Assembly (NCBI GenBank): GCA_029263055.1
Contig: JAJCYG010000099.1
Coordinates: forward strand, 64,083-128,082
Source of the DNA: Actinomycetes bacterium
GTDB lineage: Bacteria; Auribacterota; JAJCYG01
Direction: 5' to 3'
DNA: 64,000 nt
Shown here: positions 45,812 through 56,085 of the stretch, one piece after another
Numbering within the stretch: position 1 is the stretch's first letter
Layout: every line of letters begins with the position of its first letter
Program-made: the position numbers and the translations under genes
Notes under the pieces: generated by a model
Seen by the model: only the letters and a program-made list of their open reading frames with translations
What the model was told of the DNA's origin: nothing
Databases searched by the model: none

Positions 45812-47151
45812 AAAAAATAATCCAAAAGGCACTTAAAAAAGGGGCTGACCAAGCAGAACTTTTTGTGATTGAAAGTAAAGATCAAGGCGTTTTGTTTGAA
45901 AATGGAACCTTAAAAAAAATCGAAGGATCGCAAAGTCAAGGTGGAGCATTGCGCGTGTTACGAAATGGCAAGCTTGGTTTTGCAACCACCACTGATTTTG
46001 ATTCTGAAGATTCTTTAATTGATCAAGCGATTGCTGCTTCTGAATTTGGCTCTCCTTTTAAATTTGATTTTGCTCCAAATGCTGAATTTAAAGAATTGAT
46101 TCCTTTTGATCCTCAAATTGAAACATTTGATGAAGAGCAAATGCTTAATATTGGCTCTCAGGCGATCAGTCATATGAAAGCTTATGACGCCAATATCTTG
46201 AGTTCTTGTTCTATCGGTAAATCAATTCAAACCATTTCAGTTGTCACTTCAAATGGATGTGAAGAAAGTTATGATCGTTCCTATTTTGGATTTTCTCTAA
46301 GCGGACAATTGGTGGAACCCGGTAATTTTTTAGAAAACTATGATGGCATCGAACAAACGAGAATTGATTTTGATTTGGGAAGTTACTTGTCGAGTGTGAT
46401 TCAACCCTTTCGTCAGGGAAGAAAAAATATTTCAATCTCTTCAGGTAAGTATCAAGTGATTTTAACGCCGCGTGCATTAAGTGGACTTTTTCTTGCCTTG
46501 GAACAAGGGCTTAATGGAAATAATGTGGCAAAAGGGATCTCTCCTTTAAAAGATAAACACTCTCAAAAAGTTTTAGATGAACGGATCAATCTTTATGCGG
46601 ACGGCACATTAAAAGGAACAGCCTCTTACGCGCCTTTTGATGATGAAGGAACCCCTTCTCAAAAAAACATTCTTTTTCAAAATGGCGTCTTAAAAAATTA
46701 CTTACTTGATTTACAAAGCGCTGAAAAATTAAATATGTACCCTTCAGGCAATGCAATGCGTCGCAACCGTCTCTACATGAACCGCGATTACTTAGAATTG
46801 CCTTCTCCTTCAATTAACAGTTGGGTTATGGATGGAGGAGCTCGTCAATTTGATGAAATATTTTTAGACGTTAAAGAAGCTGTTTTAGTCGATCAAATCA
46901 TGGGATTACTCATGAGCTGCCAAGTTAATGGCGATTTTTCTGGAACCATTTCATTGGGCTATCATGTTAAGGATGGCCAAGTCACAGGCCGAGTCAAAGA
47001 CTGTATGATCGCGGGTAACATCTACGACCTTTTAAGCGAAGTCCATCTTCAAGAGATTTCCCAAGACCAACGCTGGATTTTAGGCGCCCATGGCGGCACA
47101 CATATGCTTCCCACTCTTTTCTTAAAAGATATTTTTCTTTCAACTAAATAA
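45808..47151 (+). CDS. pmbA: Metalloprotease PmbA/TldE
   Basis: 447 aa; PmbA_TldD family, 4-nt overlap with tldD. Confidence 0.8.
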   Translation: MKKIIQKALKKGADQAELFVIESKDQGVLFENGTLKKIEGSQSQGGALRVLRNGKLGFATTTDFDSEDSLIDQAIAASEFGSPFKFDFAPNAEFKELIPFDPQIETFDEEQMLNIGSQAISHMKAYDANILSSCSIGKSIQTISVVTSNGCEESYDRSYFGFSLSGQLVEPGNFLENYDGIEQTRIDFDLGSYLSSVIQPFRQGRKNISISSGKYQVILTPRALSGLFLALEQGLNGNNVAKGISPLKDKHSQKVLDERINLYADGTLKGTASYAPFDDEGTPSQKNILFQNGVLKNYLLDLQSAEKLNMYPSGNAMRRNRLYMNRDYLELPSPSINSWVMDGGARQFDEIFLDVKEAVLVDQIMGLLMSCQVNGDFSGTISLGYHVKDGQVTGRVKDCMIAGNIYDLLSEVHLQEISQDQRWILGAHGGTHMLPTLFLKDIFLSTK

Positions 47152-47153
47152 TT

Positions 47154-48182
47154 TTAGTTTTGCAGTGTTTTTTCTACAAGTTCATTGGCCACATAAAAGG
47201 GCGCAATGTTTTTTTCTTGAGCCACTGGAAGAATTTCGCGAAGGCGTTTGGGAATGATTGCCATGCGTGGCATTAAGGTGTGAATTTGATTCGTGTGTTC
47301 ACAATATAAATTAATAATGCCACCTGCATTGTTAACGTAATCAGGCGCATGCCAGATTCCTTTTTCATGAAGTTGAGTGGGATCTTTTTCTTCATCATCA
47401 AATTGATTGTTGGCTGCACCAGCGACGATCTTGCAATTTAATTGATTGATGGTTTCTTTATTTAACGCTCCTCCATAGGCACAAGGAGCAAACACATCTA
47501 CTTCTTGTTTGAAGATATCTTTGGGATCAACCGCGGTTGCTTTTAAATTCTTTTTAACGCGTTCTAAATTTTTTTCATTAGGATCGCAGACAATTAATTC
47601 AGCGCCGACTTTAAATAAACGTTCAGCCAAAGGATAACCTACGTTGCCCACTCCTTGTATGGCCACTTTTATTCCTTCGAGGCGACGCATGTCAAACAGC
47701 ACTTCTAATAAAGTAGCAATTCCTTGAAAGACACCTAATGCGGTGACGGGTGATGGATCTCCTTCACGGTTTGTTCCAGTTACAGACTTTGTTGTTTTGC
47801 GGATTGCTTTCATATCTTCAATGGCAGTACCTGAATCTTCGGCCGCTAAGTAAGCTCCTTTTAAAGAATCAATCACTTTGCCAAGTTCGTTAAAAAGAGC
47901 AGGGCTCTTATCTTTATGTGGATCTCCAAATAAAACGCATTTGCCGCCACCTAAAGGAAGATCGGCTGCTGCGGCTTTATAGGTCATGGCGCGTGAAAGT
48001 TTAAGCACATCGGTTAAAGCTTCGTCTTCATTTTGATATGGACGCATGCGTACGCCCCCCATAGAAGGGCCTAATTTGGTTGAGTGAACCGCAATCAAGC
48101 CTTTAAGGCGCAGTTTGGCATTCTCAAAGGAGATAAGTTGTTCGTAACCAGGCTGTTTTAATTGCTTTATCGTGGTGTCCAT
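47154..48182 (-). CDS. Glu/Leu/Phe/Val dehydrogenase family enzyme (leucine/valine-dehydrogenase-like size)
   Basis: 342 aa; catalytic-lysine motif PLGGGKCVLFGDP and Rossmann IQGVGNVGYPLAERL. Confidence 0.75.
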   Translation of the reverse strand: MDTTIKQLKQPGYEQLISFENAKLRLKGLIAVHSTKLGPSMGGVRMRPYQNEDEALTDVLKLSRAMTYKAAAADLPLGGGKCVLFGDPHKDKSPALFNELGKVIDSLKGAYLAAEDSGTAIEDMKAIRKTTKSVTGTNREGDPSPVTALGVFQGIATLLEVLFDMRRLEGIKVAIQGVGNVGYPLAERLFKVGAELIVCDPNEKNLERVKKNLKATAVDPKDIFKQEVDVFAPCAYGGALNKETINQLNCKIVAGAANNQFDDEEKDPTQLHEKGIWHAPDYVNNAGGIINLYCEHTNQIHTLMPRMAIIPKRLREILPVAQEKNIAPFYVANELVEKTLQN

Positions 48183-48296
48183 TCTGAAGCTCCCTATAGT
48201 ATCAATATAGCATATGCACTTATGAGCAGGGGCTCTCTAAGTGATTTACTTATCCCTACCAGATAGTGTACACTAAACCCCTGTATAACAAAATGT

Positions 48297-48326
48297 TTGA
48301 CCTAATCATCAATTTGTGGCTACAAT
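48297..48326 (+). promoter_or_regulatory. Sigma70-like promoter (TTGACC-N18-TACAAT) for the small secreted-protein gene
   Basis: TTGACC 48297-48302, TACAAT 48321-48326; GGAGGGG RBS at 48359-48365 before ATG 48368. Confidence 0.35.
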
Positions 48327-48367
48327 AAAGATACGTCTTTTGAGGTATAATTATAACGGAGGGGAGC

Positions 48368-48673
48368 ATGAAAAGAGTTTTCGTTTTATTTTTAGTGGGT
48401 CTGTTTTGTATAGGGGCTATGGGCATGTCGGCCGAAGCTGATCCTGTTGATAAATTGGGTCGGGGTACTGTCAATGTGTTGACAGGTTGGTTAGAAGTGC
48501 CTAAGACCATTTACGAAGATAGTGTGGCACACAATCCTATTTTTGGTGGTACATTTGGATTGTTGCACGGAGTAGCAGGCGCTATTTACCGCGCAGGTGC
48601 AGGGTTGATTGATATTGTGACTGCTCCTTTTCCTCCGTATGATGTGCATATTGTTCCTGAATACGTTTTCTAA
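48368..48673 (+). CDS. Small secreted protein (101 aa); resembles the exosortase-system-associated small protein family (TIGR04073-like), tentative
   Basis: Signal peptide [21 protein letters not shown]; [18 protein letters not shown]...[17 protein letters not shown] pattern recalled from that family; from memory only. Confidence 0.5.
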   Translation: MKRVFVLFLVGLFCIGAMGMSAEADPVDKLGRGTVNVLTGWLEVPKTIYEDSVAHNPIFGGTFGLLHGVAGAIYRAGAGLIDIVTAPFPPYDVHIVPEYVF

Positions 48674-48699
48674 ATAACGTAAGGGACAAAGGAGCCTGT

Positions 48700-50184
48700 A
48701 TGGGCCAGCTGTTTAAGAACTACATTGGTGGCAAGTGGGTTGGGGCAAGAAGTGGTAAAACATTTTCAAACCTCAACCCAGCCAACACTGATGACCTCGT
48801 AGGTCGCTTTCCTCTTTCCGATTCTAAAGATATTAATCTTGCTGTTGTTGCGGCTAAAAAAGCTTATGCTTCCTGGAATGAAGTTCCTCTGCCTGAGCGG
48901 GGTGACATCATTATGCGTGCCCGCGATATTTTAATTCGTGATAAACAAGAATTGGCAAAGCACATGACCCGTGAAATGGGAAAAGTGCTTAAAGAAACTT
49001 TGGGTGATGTGCAAGAAGCAATTGATATGGCAGGTTTTATTGCTGGTGAGGGGCGTCGCCTTTATGGTGAAACCACTCCTTCTGAATTAGCGAATAAATT
49101 TTGTATGACAGTCCGCGCTCCGATTGGTGTGTGTGGTTTGATTACGCCGTGGAACTTTCCTATGGCGATTCCTTCATGGAAAGTGTTGCCCGCCATTTTA
49201 TGTGGAAACACCGTTGTGTTTAAGCCTGCTGAAGACACACCTCTTTCTTCAATTCGAATGATCCAAGCTTTAGAGCGTGCTGGTCTTCCTCCCGGGGTGG
49301 TTAATTTAGTTTGTGGGTATGGTGAAACGGCTGGTGCGGCATTAGTCGATCATCCAGACGTCTCTTTAATTTCATTTACAGGTTCGTGTGAAGTGGGGCG
49401 CGAAGTCGCGTCAAAATGTGGGCAAGATTTAAAACGAGTTAGTTTGGAAATGGGCGGAAAAAATGCTCAGATAGTGATGGATGATGCTGACTTAGAGTTA
49501 GCCATTGAAGGAGCTGTGTGGGGCGCGTTTGGCACCACGGGTCAACGCTGCACAGCCACATCTCGTTTAATCGTACACGAAAAAGTAGTCGCTAAATTCA
49601 CAAAAATGCTGGTGGCGCGTGCTAAAAAAGTGAGTGTGGGCGATGGTCTTAAAAAGAATATTGAGATGGGCCCGATCATTAATGAAAAGCAACTTAAACA
49701 AGTTTTAAATTATATTGAAATAGGTAAAAAAGAGGGCGCTAAACTTTTGTGCGGTGGAAAACGTTTAGACAAAGGTAAATTTAAAAAAGGCTTTTTTGTC
49801 GAGCCAACCGTTTTTACAAATGTCACCCCTAAAATGCGCATTGCTCAAGAAGAAATCTTTGGGCCTGTTGTCTCAATCATAAAAGTTAAAAGTTTAGCTG
49901 AAGCCATTAAAGTGCATAACGGAACAGACTATGGTTTGTCTTCTTCAATTTACACACGTGATGTAAACCAAGCGTTTCAAGCCTTAACAAAAATGGAAGC
50001 AGGATTAACTTATGTCAATGGTCCCACCATTGGAGCTGAAGTGCACCTTCCTTTTGGAGGGGTCAAAAACACAGGCAATGGCCACCGCGAAGGGGGCAAA
50101 ACCGTCGTCGACATCTTCACAGAATGGCGCGCCATCTTTTTTGACTATTCTGGTAAGTTGCAAAAAGCACAAATAGACGATTGA
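48700..50184 (+). CDS. NAD(P)-dependent aldehyde dehydrogenase
   Basis: 494 aa; ALDH catalytic Glu/Cys motifs LEMGGKNA and [10 protein letters not shown], plus GSCEVG. Confidence 0.85.
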   Translation: MGQLFKNYIGGKWVGARSGKTFSNLNPANTDDLVGRFPLSDSKDINLAVVAAKKAYASWNEVPLPERGDIIMRARDILIRDKQELAKHMTREMGKVLKETLGDVQEAIDMAGFIAGEGRRLYGETTPSELANKFCMTVRAPIGVCGLITPWNFPMAIPSWKVLPAILCGNTVVFKPAEDTPLSSIRMIQALERAGLPPGVVNLVCGYGETAGAALVDHPDVSLISFTGSCEVGREVASKCGQDLKRVSLEMGGKNAQIVMDDADLELAIEGAVWGAFGTTGQRCTATSRLIVHEKVVAKFTKMLVARAKKVSVGDGLKKNIEMGPIINEKQLKQVLNYIEIGKKEGAKLLCGGKRLDKGKFKKGFFVEPTVFTNVTPKMRIAQEEIFGPVVSIIKVKSLAEAIKVHNGTDYGLSSSIYTRDVNQAFQALTKMEAGLTYVNGPTIGAEVHLPFGGVKNTGNGHREGGKTVVDIFTEWRAIFFDYSGKLQKAQIDD

Positions 50185-50208
50185 TGTTGATGTGAAAGGA
50201 GGCCAACA

Positions 50209-51456
50209 TTGAAAGTGCCTCATATTAAAACAAAGCTACCTGGTCCAAAGGCAAAAAAGATTATTGCCCGAGACCATAAAACTATCTCTTCCTGTTATAA
50301 TCCGCGACCATACCCTCTTGTTGTTGACTATGCTAAAGGGCTTGTCTTAACTGATGTGGATGGGAATAAGTTTCTCGATTTCACAGCAGGGATTGCTGTT
50401 TGTTCGACAGGGCATGCGCATCCTAAAGTGGTGGCTGCAATTCAAAAGCAAGCGTCCAAATTTTTGCATATGTGCGGGGCTGATTTTTATTATGAAAATC
50501 AGGTTGAGCTTTCTGAACGATTAGCTCGATTGGCTCCTGGAAATTTTAAGAAACAGGTCTTTTTTACAAACTCAGGTGCGGAAGCTGTTGAGGCGGCACT
50601 TAAGTGTGCCCGTTACACCACTAAAAGAAAAAAGATACTCGCTTTTTATGGCGCGTTCCATGGTCGGACCATGGGAGCGCTTTCGTTAACCAATTCTAAA
50701 GCCATTCAACGCAAACATTTTGGGCCCTTTGTTCCTGAAGTGGTGCATGCACCTTATGGGGATATTGATTTTATTGAAAACAAACTGTTTAAAAATTTAG
50801 TGGATCCTTCTGAATTAGCCGCTGTGTTTGTGGAGCCGATTCAGGGTGAAGGGGGCTATATTGTGCCGCCTAAAGGTTTTTTAAAAAAGCTGAGAGCTTT
50901 GGCCACGCGCCATAAGTTTTTGTTTATTTGCGACGAGATTCAAGCAGGGATGGGGCGAACAGGTAAGATGTTTGCTATTGAGCATGAGAACGTGGTCCCT
51001 GATATGGTTTTGTTGGCTAAAGGGATTGCTTCAGGTATGCCTATTGGAGCCTTGATTGCAAATGCGAAGTATATGACATGGGTTCCTGGTGCACACGGAT
51101 CAACGTTTGGAGGCAATCCTGTGTCGTGTGCCGCTGCGATTGAAACGTTGAACTTGATTGAAAAGAGCTTTATGGCTAATGCTAAGAAACAAGGGGATGA
51201 GCTTCGAAAGCATTTAGATCAAATGGCTCATGATTTTAAATCAGTTCAAGAAGTTCGGGGCCGTGGTTTGATGCAAGCAATCGAAATTGGGAATGCTAAA
51301 AAGAGAGATGCGATTGCTGAAGCTTGTTTTGAAAAAGGGTTGTTATTGCTTGGGTGTGGTGCCAGTGCAATACGGTTTAGCCCGGCGTTAAACGTGTCTA
51401 AGAGTGAAGTGTTAACTGCAGTTAAGATTTTAAGAGAAGTTCTAAATCAGTTTTAA
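50209..51456 (+). CDS. Class III pyridoxal-phosphate aminotransferase (ornithine/GABA/acetylornithine aminotransferase-like)
   Basis: 415 aa; TTG start 6 nt after AAAGGAGG; PLP-lysine region DEIQAGMGRTGKMFA; LPGPKAKK N-terminus typical of GabT/RocD. Confidence 0.85.
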   Translation: MKVPHIKTKLPGPKAKKIIARDHKTISSCYNPRPYPLVVDYAKGLVLTDVDGNKFLDFTAGIAVCSTGHAHPKVVAAIQKQASKFLHMCGADFYYENQVELSERLARLAPGNFKKQVFFTNSGAEAVEAALKCARYTTKRKKILAFYGAFHGRTMGALSLTNSKAIQRKHFGPFVPEVVHAPYGDIDFIENKLFKNLVDPSELAAVFVEPIQGEGGYIVPPKGFLKKLRALATRHKFLFICDEIQAGMGRTGKMFAIEHENVVPDMVLLAKGIASGMPIGALIANAKYMTWVPGAHGSTFGGNPVSCAAAIETLNLIEKSFMANAKKQGDELRKHLDQMAHDFKSVQEVRGRGLMQAIEIGNAKKRDAIAEACFEKGLLLLGCGASAIRFSPALNVSKSEVLTAVKILREVLNQF

Positions 51457-52094
51457 TCTTTTCTAAAACTCAAATCATCAATAAAAAGAGTGTCGCCTCG
51501 ACGGTTTCCGATACTATCTCCGAATTCAATTCCAACCACAACTAGTTTTGTTAAATCAATGCTTCGTTTTTCATATTTTTCACTGAACTTAGAAACTCGA
51601 CTTAAAGGAATATCAATGCGGCGCCAGTTGGTGGTTGCTGTGTTGTCATCAGGTGTGTACTTTACTGTTGGAAGATAACTTTTTGAATGGCCATCACGTA
51701 AGATGACGTTAAACCGTTCGCCTCCATTTTTTCCTCGAATCCAGAAGGAAAAATATTTGTATTGGCTTACATCTAAAGGTCGGACTGTAAGCGGTTCGGT
51801 TTTAGCATCTAAAATTGGGCCTAAGTTCATACTCATTGATCCCCAGTTTTCTTTGGCGCGTGGGCTGTTGACCAATTTAAACGAGGAGCTTCCTGTGTGA
51901 AGATAGCGAGGTTGAAAGTCGCTACTGTAAGATGTTAGCTGACCTGAAAAAGGATAGCCTGATCCCCAGACCTCTGGCTTACTCCCTAAATAACCTGGGG
52001 TGACCTCAAAATCAGTGACCAAAATTTCTGGATATCGATAAGAGAGAGGAGCTGCGACAACTGTGAGTAATAAAAAGCTGAGTAATAGGTTCAT
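51453..52094 (-). CDS. Secreted hypothetical protein, tandem paralog A
   Basis: 213 aa; signal peptide; shares blocks with the upstream gene (FWIRGKNGGERFNVILRDGH vs FWIKGKTGGEKVTIAFRDAH; TLFIDDLSF vs IFYIDDFYF). Confidence 0.6.
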   Translation of the reverse strand: MNLLLSFLLLTVVAAPLSYRYPEILVTDFEVTPGYLGSKPEVWGSGYPFSGQLTSYSSDFQPRYLHTGSSSFKLVNSPRAKENWGSMSMNLGPILDAKTEPLTVRPLDVSQYKYFSFWIRGKNGGERFNVILRDGHSKSYLPTVKYTPDDNTATTNWRRIDIPLSRVSKFSEKYEKRSIDLTKLVVVGIEFGDSIGNRRGDTLFIDDLSFRKD

Positions 52095-52780
52095 GATTCA
52101 GGCTCATCCTTTGCACTTTTTGCAAAATAAAAATCATCAATATAAAAAATATTGCCTTCGTTATTTCCGCGGTTTAATCCAAATTCTAAAATAACTTGAT
52201 CTAATTTTGAGAGGTCTATTTTTTCTTCAAGCTCTTTTAATGAGATGACAATTTTTTGCCATTTTTTTGAGAGACCTTCTGGTTTGGGGTCAATGGTTAC
52301 TTGTGGCAGATCATTGATTGCGTGGGCATCACGAAAGGCTATTGTGACCTTTTCTCCGCCAGTCTTTCCTTTAATCCAAAAAACAAGATAGTTGAAATTG
52401 CGGACATCTAAACTTTCAATCTTAATAGGAATAGATTCTGTATCAACTAGTTTTCCTAAGCCTAAGCTAAAAGTTGCCCAGCGGAGTTTTTCTTTAGCAA
52501 ATCCATTGGTACAAATAAAAGATTGTCCACCGCGGCGAACATTGAAATCTTGATAGTTAGGTGTGAGTTCCCCGTAATACCAGCTATGAGCCGCTTCAGT
52601 ATCTTCCCAATTAGGCTCGGCTGCGCCAAATACACCTACAGAACCGCCTAAATTGTTTGGATAGGATTCAAAGTCAGCAATGACCAGGGTTGATTCTTTT
52701 TGGGCATGAATGGAGTGTGGCGAGATTAAGATCTGCCAGGCAATCAAAAATGGATTGAGTTTTTTGAATAGTCTTCTCAT
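52091..52780 (-). CDS. Secreted hypothetical protein, tandem paralog B
   Basis: 229 aa; signal peptide LIAWQILISPHSIHA; paralogous to 51453..52094; 4-nt overlap. Confidence 0.6.
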   Translation of the reverse strand: MRRLFKKLNPFLIAWQILISPHSIHAQKESTLVIADFESYPNNLGGSVGVFGAAEPNWEDTEAAHSWYYGELTPNYQDFNVRRGGQSFICTNGFAKEKLRWATFSLGLGKLVDTESIPIKIESLDVRNFNYLVFWIKGKTGGEKVTIAFRDAHAINDLPQVTIDPKPEGLSKKWQKIVISLKELEEKIDLSKLDQVILEFGLNRGNNEGNIFYIDDFYFAKSAKDEPES

Positions 52781-52855
52781 ATCGAAATTTAAGGTAATAA
52801 CCTAACAAATGGACCCTTCATTGTCAAGGCTTAATCTTCGTGATACAATCCCCTT

Positions 52856-53767
52856 ATGGAAAAAATGACATCCGATTTTAATTTAAAATCGTTCTTAAAA
52901 CAAAACCAAAAATGTATAGACGATGCGTTGGAAGAGTTTATTCCCCAACCAGTTGGAGCGTTCGCCCAGATTCATGAGGCGATGCGTTATTCTATCTTTG
53001 CGGGCGGAAAGAGGTTGCGGCCGATTCTCTGTTTGGCCAGTTACCACATTTTTCAGTCTGAACAAGATGATTTAAGTTCTATTTTACCTGCTGCCAGTGC
53101 CTTAGAGATGGTTCATACTTATTCTTTGATTCATGATGATCTCCCCTCAATGGATAATGACGATTTTCGCCGAGGCAAGCCTACGAACCATAAAGTTTAT
53201 GGGGAGGCAGTGGCTGTTTTGGCTGGAGATGCGCTTTTGACCCTGGCTTTTGAAGTGGTGAGCAAAACAGAAAAGATTGGCTCAGAAACCGTTAATCAGG
53301 TGCTTCAAGAATTGGCGCTTCGAAGCGGAACGTTAGGATTGATTGGCGGACAAATTTTAGATTTAGATGCTGAAGGCAAGACTTTGTCTGGTGATCAACT
53401 TAAAGCCATTCATTTGCATAAAACTGCTGCTTTGATTCAAGCCTCGATTCGAATGGGAGCCATTGTTGGGGGCGCTGATGAAGCGCCGTTAAAATCACTC
53501 ACTTTATTTGGAGAAAAAGTAGGACTCGCATTTCAGATCGTGGATGATATTTTAGATGTTGAAAGCAGCACAGAAACTTTAGGAAAAACCGCAGGCAAAG
53601 ATGTGAACCAAGAAAAATCAACCTATCCCTCTGTTTATGGTTTAGCTGAATCAAAAAAAATGGCAGAAGCATTAAAAAATGAAGCGATTGAAGAAATTGA
53701 TTTGTTTGGAGAAAAAGGGGAGCCTCTTAAGTCGCTTGCTCTTTATGTCATTGAACGAAAGAATTAA
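52856..53767 (+). CDS. Polyprenyl diphosphate synthase (farnesyl/geranylgeranyl diphosphate synthase)
   Basis: 303 aa; first and second Asp-rich motifs LIHDDLPSMDNDDFRRGKPT and FQIVDDILD. Confidence 0.85.
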   Translation: MEKMTSDFNLKSFLKQNQKCIDDALEEFIPQPVGAFAQIHEAMRYSIFAGGKRLRPILCLASYHIFQSEQDDLSSILPAASALEMVHTYSLIHDDLPSMDNDDFRRGKPTNHKVYGEAVAVLAGDALLTLAFEVVSKTEKIGSETVNQVLQELALRSGTLGLIGGQILDLDAEGKTLSGDQLKAIHLHKTAALIQASIRMGAIVGGADEAPLKSLTLFGEKVGLAFQIVDDILDVESSTETLGKTAGKDVNQEKSTYPSVYGLAESKKMAEALKNEAIEEIDLFGEKGEPLKSLALYVIERKN

Positions 53768-53777
53768 CCCTCTCTAT

Positions 53778-56063
53778 TTAAGAAGTTCTTTTCCAATTAA
53801 ATAAGTGTTTTCCACTCCAATACCACCGTTGTTTGTTTTTATCCCGTTTAATTGAAAAGAGAACAAAGGAAGAAGTTTTTTCTTTAACAAATGAGATTTT
53901 ATTTTTTGTTAATTGTTCTTCAACATCCTTTGCTGTTTCATTAGGAACAACTAAAAGAGTTGGCTTTGAAAATGTTAGAACTCTATTTTTAAGGACCTCA
54001 TTATTAATTGGAGCTTGCCAGATATTGACCACATCTAAATGCCTTTGATTTTCTGATAGATGAGCTGAGAGCCAAACTGTTGAGTAAATTTTATGATTTG
54101 AATAGTTGTTTAATTTTTTGCTGAGGTGATCAATCTCTTCTTTTTTAAGTGTTTGTAAAGGAGTCTTGGTTTGGCGGTACAAGCAAATTTCTGCAAAGGC
54201 CCAGTAGTGGGGGTGCTGGCGATTTGGTTTAGTGAGTTCTACTTTGATAAAACGAACGGGTTTTCCATTGAGTGCGATTTCTTTGCGATCGTGCACGCCA
54301 TGATCAAAAGGGTGAGCTCCATCCCAGAAAAACCCCCATAAAGGGGCTATGCTGGGTGTTTCTTTCCAAGACTTTCCGTTGAGAGAGGTGCTAACTTTAA
54401 TTTCTTCTGCCACGCCATTAAGTGCGTTTCCAATATAGAGTTCCATCTTATTGATAGGTTCAGGGCGTGAAAGTTCTATGGTAAAACTCATTCCTTCAAC
54501 TTGTTTGGTTTTTGTCATCCAGACAGAACGTAAATTGTGATCTGCGGCTAAAGAAGTCTCGAGATTATTATCTGAAGCGTTTAATTTCCAGCTTGCAGGA
54601 TCAATTAAAATAGAAGCATTTCCTTTTTTGTTGAATGAAGAATAAAAATCAAAAGGGGCCGCATTAAATTTTTCATAATCAATATTTAAAGCTTGAAACG
54701 AGTCTTCTAACTTTTTATTGTGGCCAACTGTTAAAAAAGCAGGATTCCATAATGCATCGGTTTTTCGAGTATAAAGAGGGTAACGATCTAAAAAAGGATG
54801 TGGAAAGACTATTGTTTCACCCATATCAAATGTGGCAACAGGGCCAAGCCAATAAGTGTAGGTGTAAGCTCCGTAGACTTGTTTCTCTAAAAGAGTCTGT
54901 TTTGTTTTTTTCTTGGTGGCCATGTCTTCGCGAAAGCGTTTGATCCGTTCTGTATGAACAAAGGGGTGGCTTAATGAGTTATCTTGAAAAAAGATAATGA
55001 GCAGCAAACCAACAAAACCATATCCTAGCCAATGGCTTTTTTCTTTTAACGTTTGAAAGGCGCGTGCTAAAAATATCGGTAACACCGAATAGAGAGGGAG
55101 TAAATGACGTTGTGTGTTTTCTCCACCGTAAAAGCTGGCACTTTGTAGGTAAATAATGATCAGCAGAAAGGCAAATGGGAGCCAAAGTTCTTTTGGGTGT
55201 TTGCGTGTGAGAAGCCAGATTGCTGTAAAAATAAAAATAAGTATACTGAAAACCTTCCAAAACTCGGGTGTGCGGTCACGAATGCCTAAAACAAACATTA
55301 GTTTCCATTTAAAGAAACTAATCACATTGCTCCATAGATTGACTTCGCTATTTTTAAAAAAGATAGTGATAGAAGCAAAGTCATGTGTGAAGTTGTAAAT
55401 CCAAAAAGGAAGGCTTCCAATAAAGAACATGCCTAAAAGTAGAAAAAATTCTTTTTTGAAAAATATTTTTTTATCATGCCAAAGTAAAAACAGGCCGCAT
55501 GTAGCAAAGTAATAGAGACATAAGAAATTTGTCCACCATGCTAATCCTGCAATCAAACCAAACCAGAGAAAATATTTTTTTCTTTGGTTGAAAGTCGGTG
55601 TGCCAAAAACAATTTTAGCTGTCAGTAGCATTAGTAAACTTCCAAAAATCATGGTCTCTAAATACCCGTGTCGAGCCCATGCCCCATGTAAGACTAAAAA
55701 GTAAGGTCCAAAAGCTGTGAGCAGTGCAGCAACTAAGGCGCTTCCTTTGTTTTTTAAAAATTCATTGGCCAGTAAGTATGTGACGAAGATAAAGACTAAA
55801 GAGAGAAGTAGTGGAACGCTGTTTAAGGTGTAGCGATTAAGGCCAAACAGAGCAAATGGAATGGCATCGAGATAAGATTGTAGGGTACCCATATAATGGT
55901 AGCCCCATTGAAAAACAGGGAATTCACCTTGAAGTACATGCCAGCCCGCTAAACCAAAGATAGCTTGATCCGCGTCCATATGGGGTGCAAGCAAATAGCC
56001 TAATCGATAAATGGCTGCACCGATTAGAATCAAAGCTAAAGAAAGTGTTGTTTTACTTTTCAT
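53778..56063 (-). CDS. GT-C-fold membrane glycosyltransferase (ArnT/PMT-like) with C-terminal extracytoplasmic F5/8-type-C (discoidin-like) domain
   Basis: 761 aa; about 12 N-terminal TM helices with ArnT/PMT-like first loop (APHMDADQAIFGLAGWHVL); C-terminal 150 aa (SVWMTKTKQVEGMSFTIELSRPEPINKMELYIGN...WAFAEICLY) resembles a discoidin domain. Confidence 0.65.
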   Translation of the reverse strand: MKSKTTLSLALILIGAAIYRLGYLLAPHMDADQAIFGLAGWHVLQGEFPVFQWGYHYMGTLQSYLDAIPFALFGLNRYTLNSVPLLLSLVFIFVTYLLANEFLKNKGSALVAALLTAFGPYFLVLHGAWARHGYLETMIFGSLLMLLTAKIVFGTPTFNQRKKYFLWFGLIAGLAWWTNFLCLYYFATCGLFLLWHDKKIFFKKEFFLLLGMFFIGSLPFWIYNFTHDFASITIFFKNSEVNLWSNVISFFKWKLMFVLGIRDRTPEFWKVFSILIFIFTAIWLLTRKHPKELWLPFAFLLIIIYLQSASFYGGENTQRHLLPLYSVLPIFLARAFQTLKEKSHWLGYGFVGLLLIIFFQDNSLSHPFVHTERIKRFREDMATKKKTKQTLLEKQVYGAYTYTYWLGPVATFDMGETIVFPHPFLDRYPLYTRKTDALWNPAFLTVGHNKKLEDSFQALNIDYEKFNAAPFDFYSSFNKKGNASILIDPASWKLNASDNNLETSLAADHNLRSVWMTKTKQVEGMSFTIELSRPEPINKMELYIGNALNGVAEEIKVSTSLNGKSWKETPSIAPLWGFFWDGAHPFDHGVHDRKEIALNGKPVRFIKVELTKPNRQHPHYWAFAEICLYRQTKTPLQTLKKEEIDHLSKKLNNYSNHKIYSTVWLSAHLSENQRHLDVVNIWQAPINNEVLKNRVLTFSKPTLLVVPNETAKDVEEQLTKNKISFVKEKTSSFVLFSIKRDKNKQRWYWSGKHLFNWKRTS

Positions 56064-56085
56064 ACTTTTTGATCTGAATGAGCTG

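Noticed and set aside
48346-48351. TATAAT at 48346-48351 as the -10 for the small secreted-protein gene
   Set aside because: Only 17 nt upstream of the ATG and overlapping the RBS region. The upstream TTGACC-N18-TACAAT pair is the more plausible promoter.
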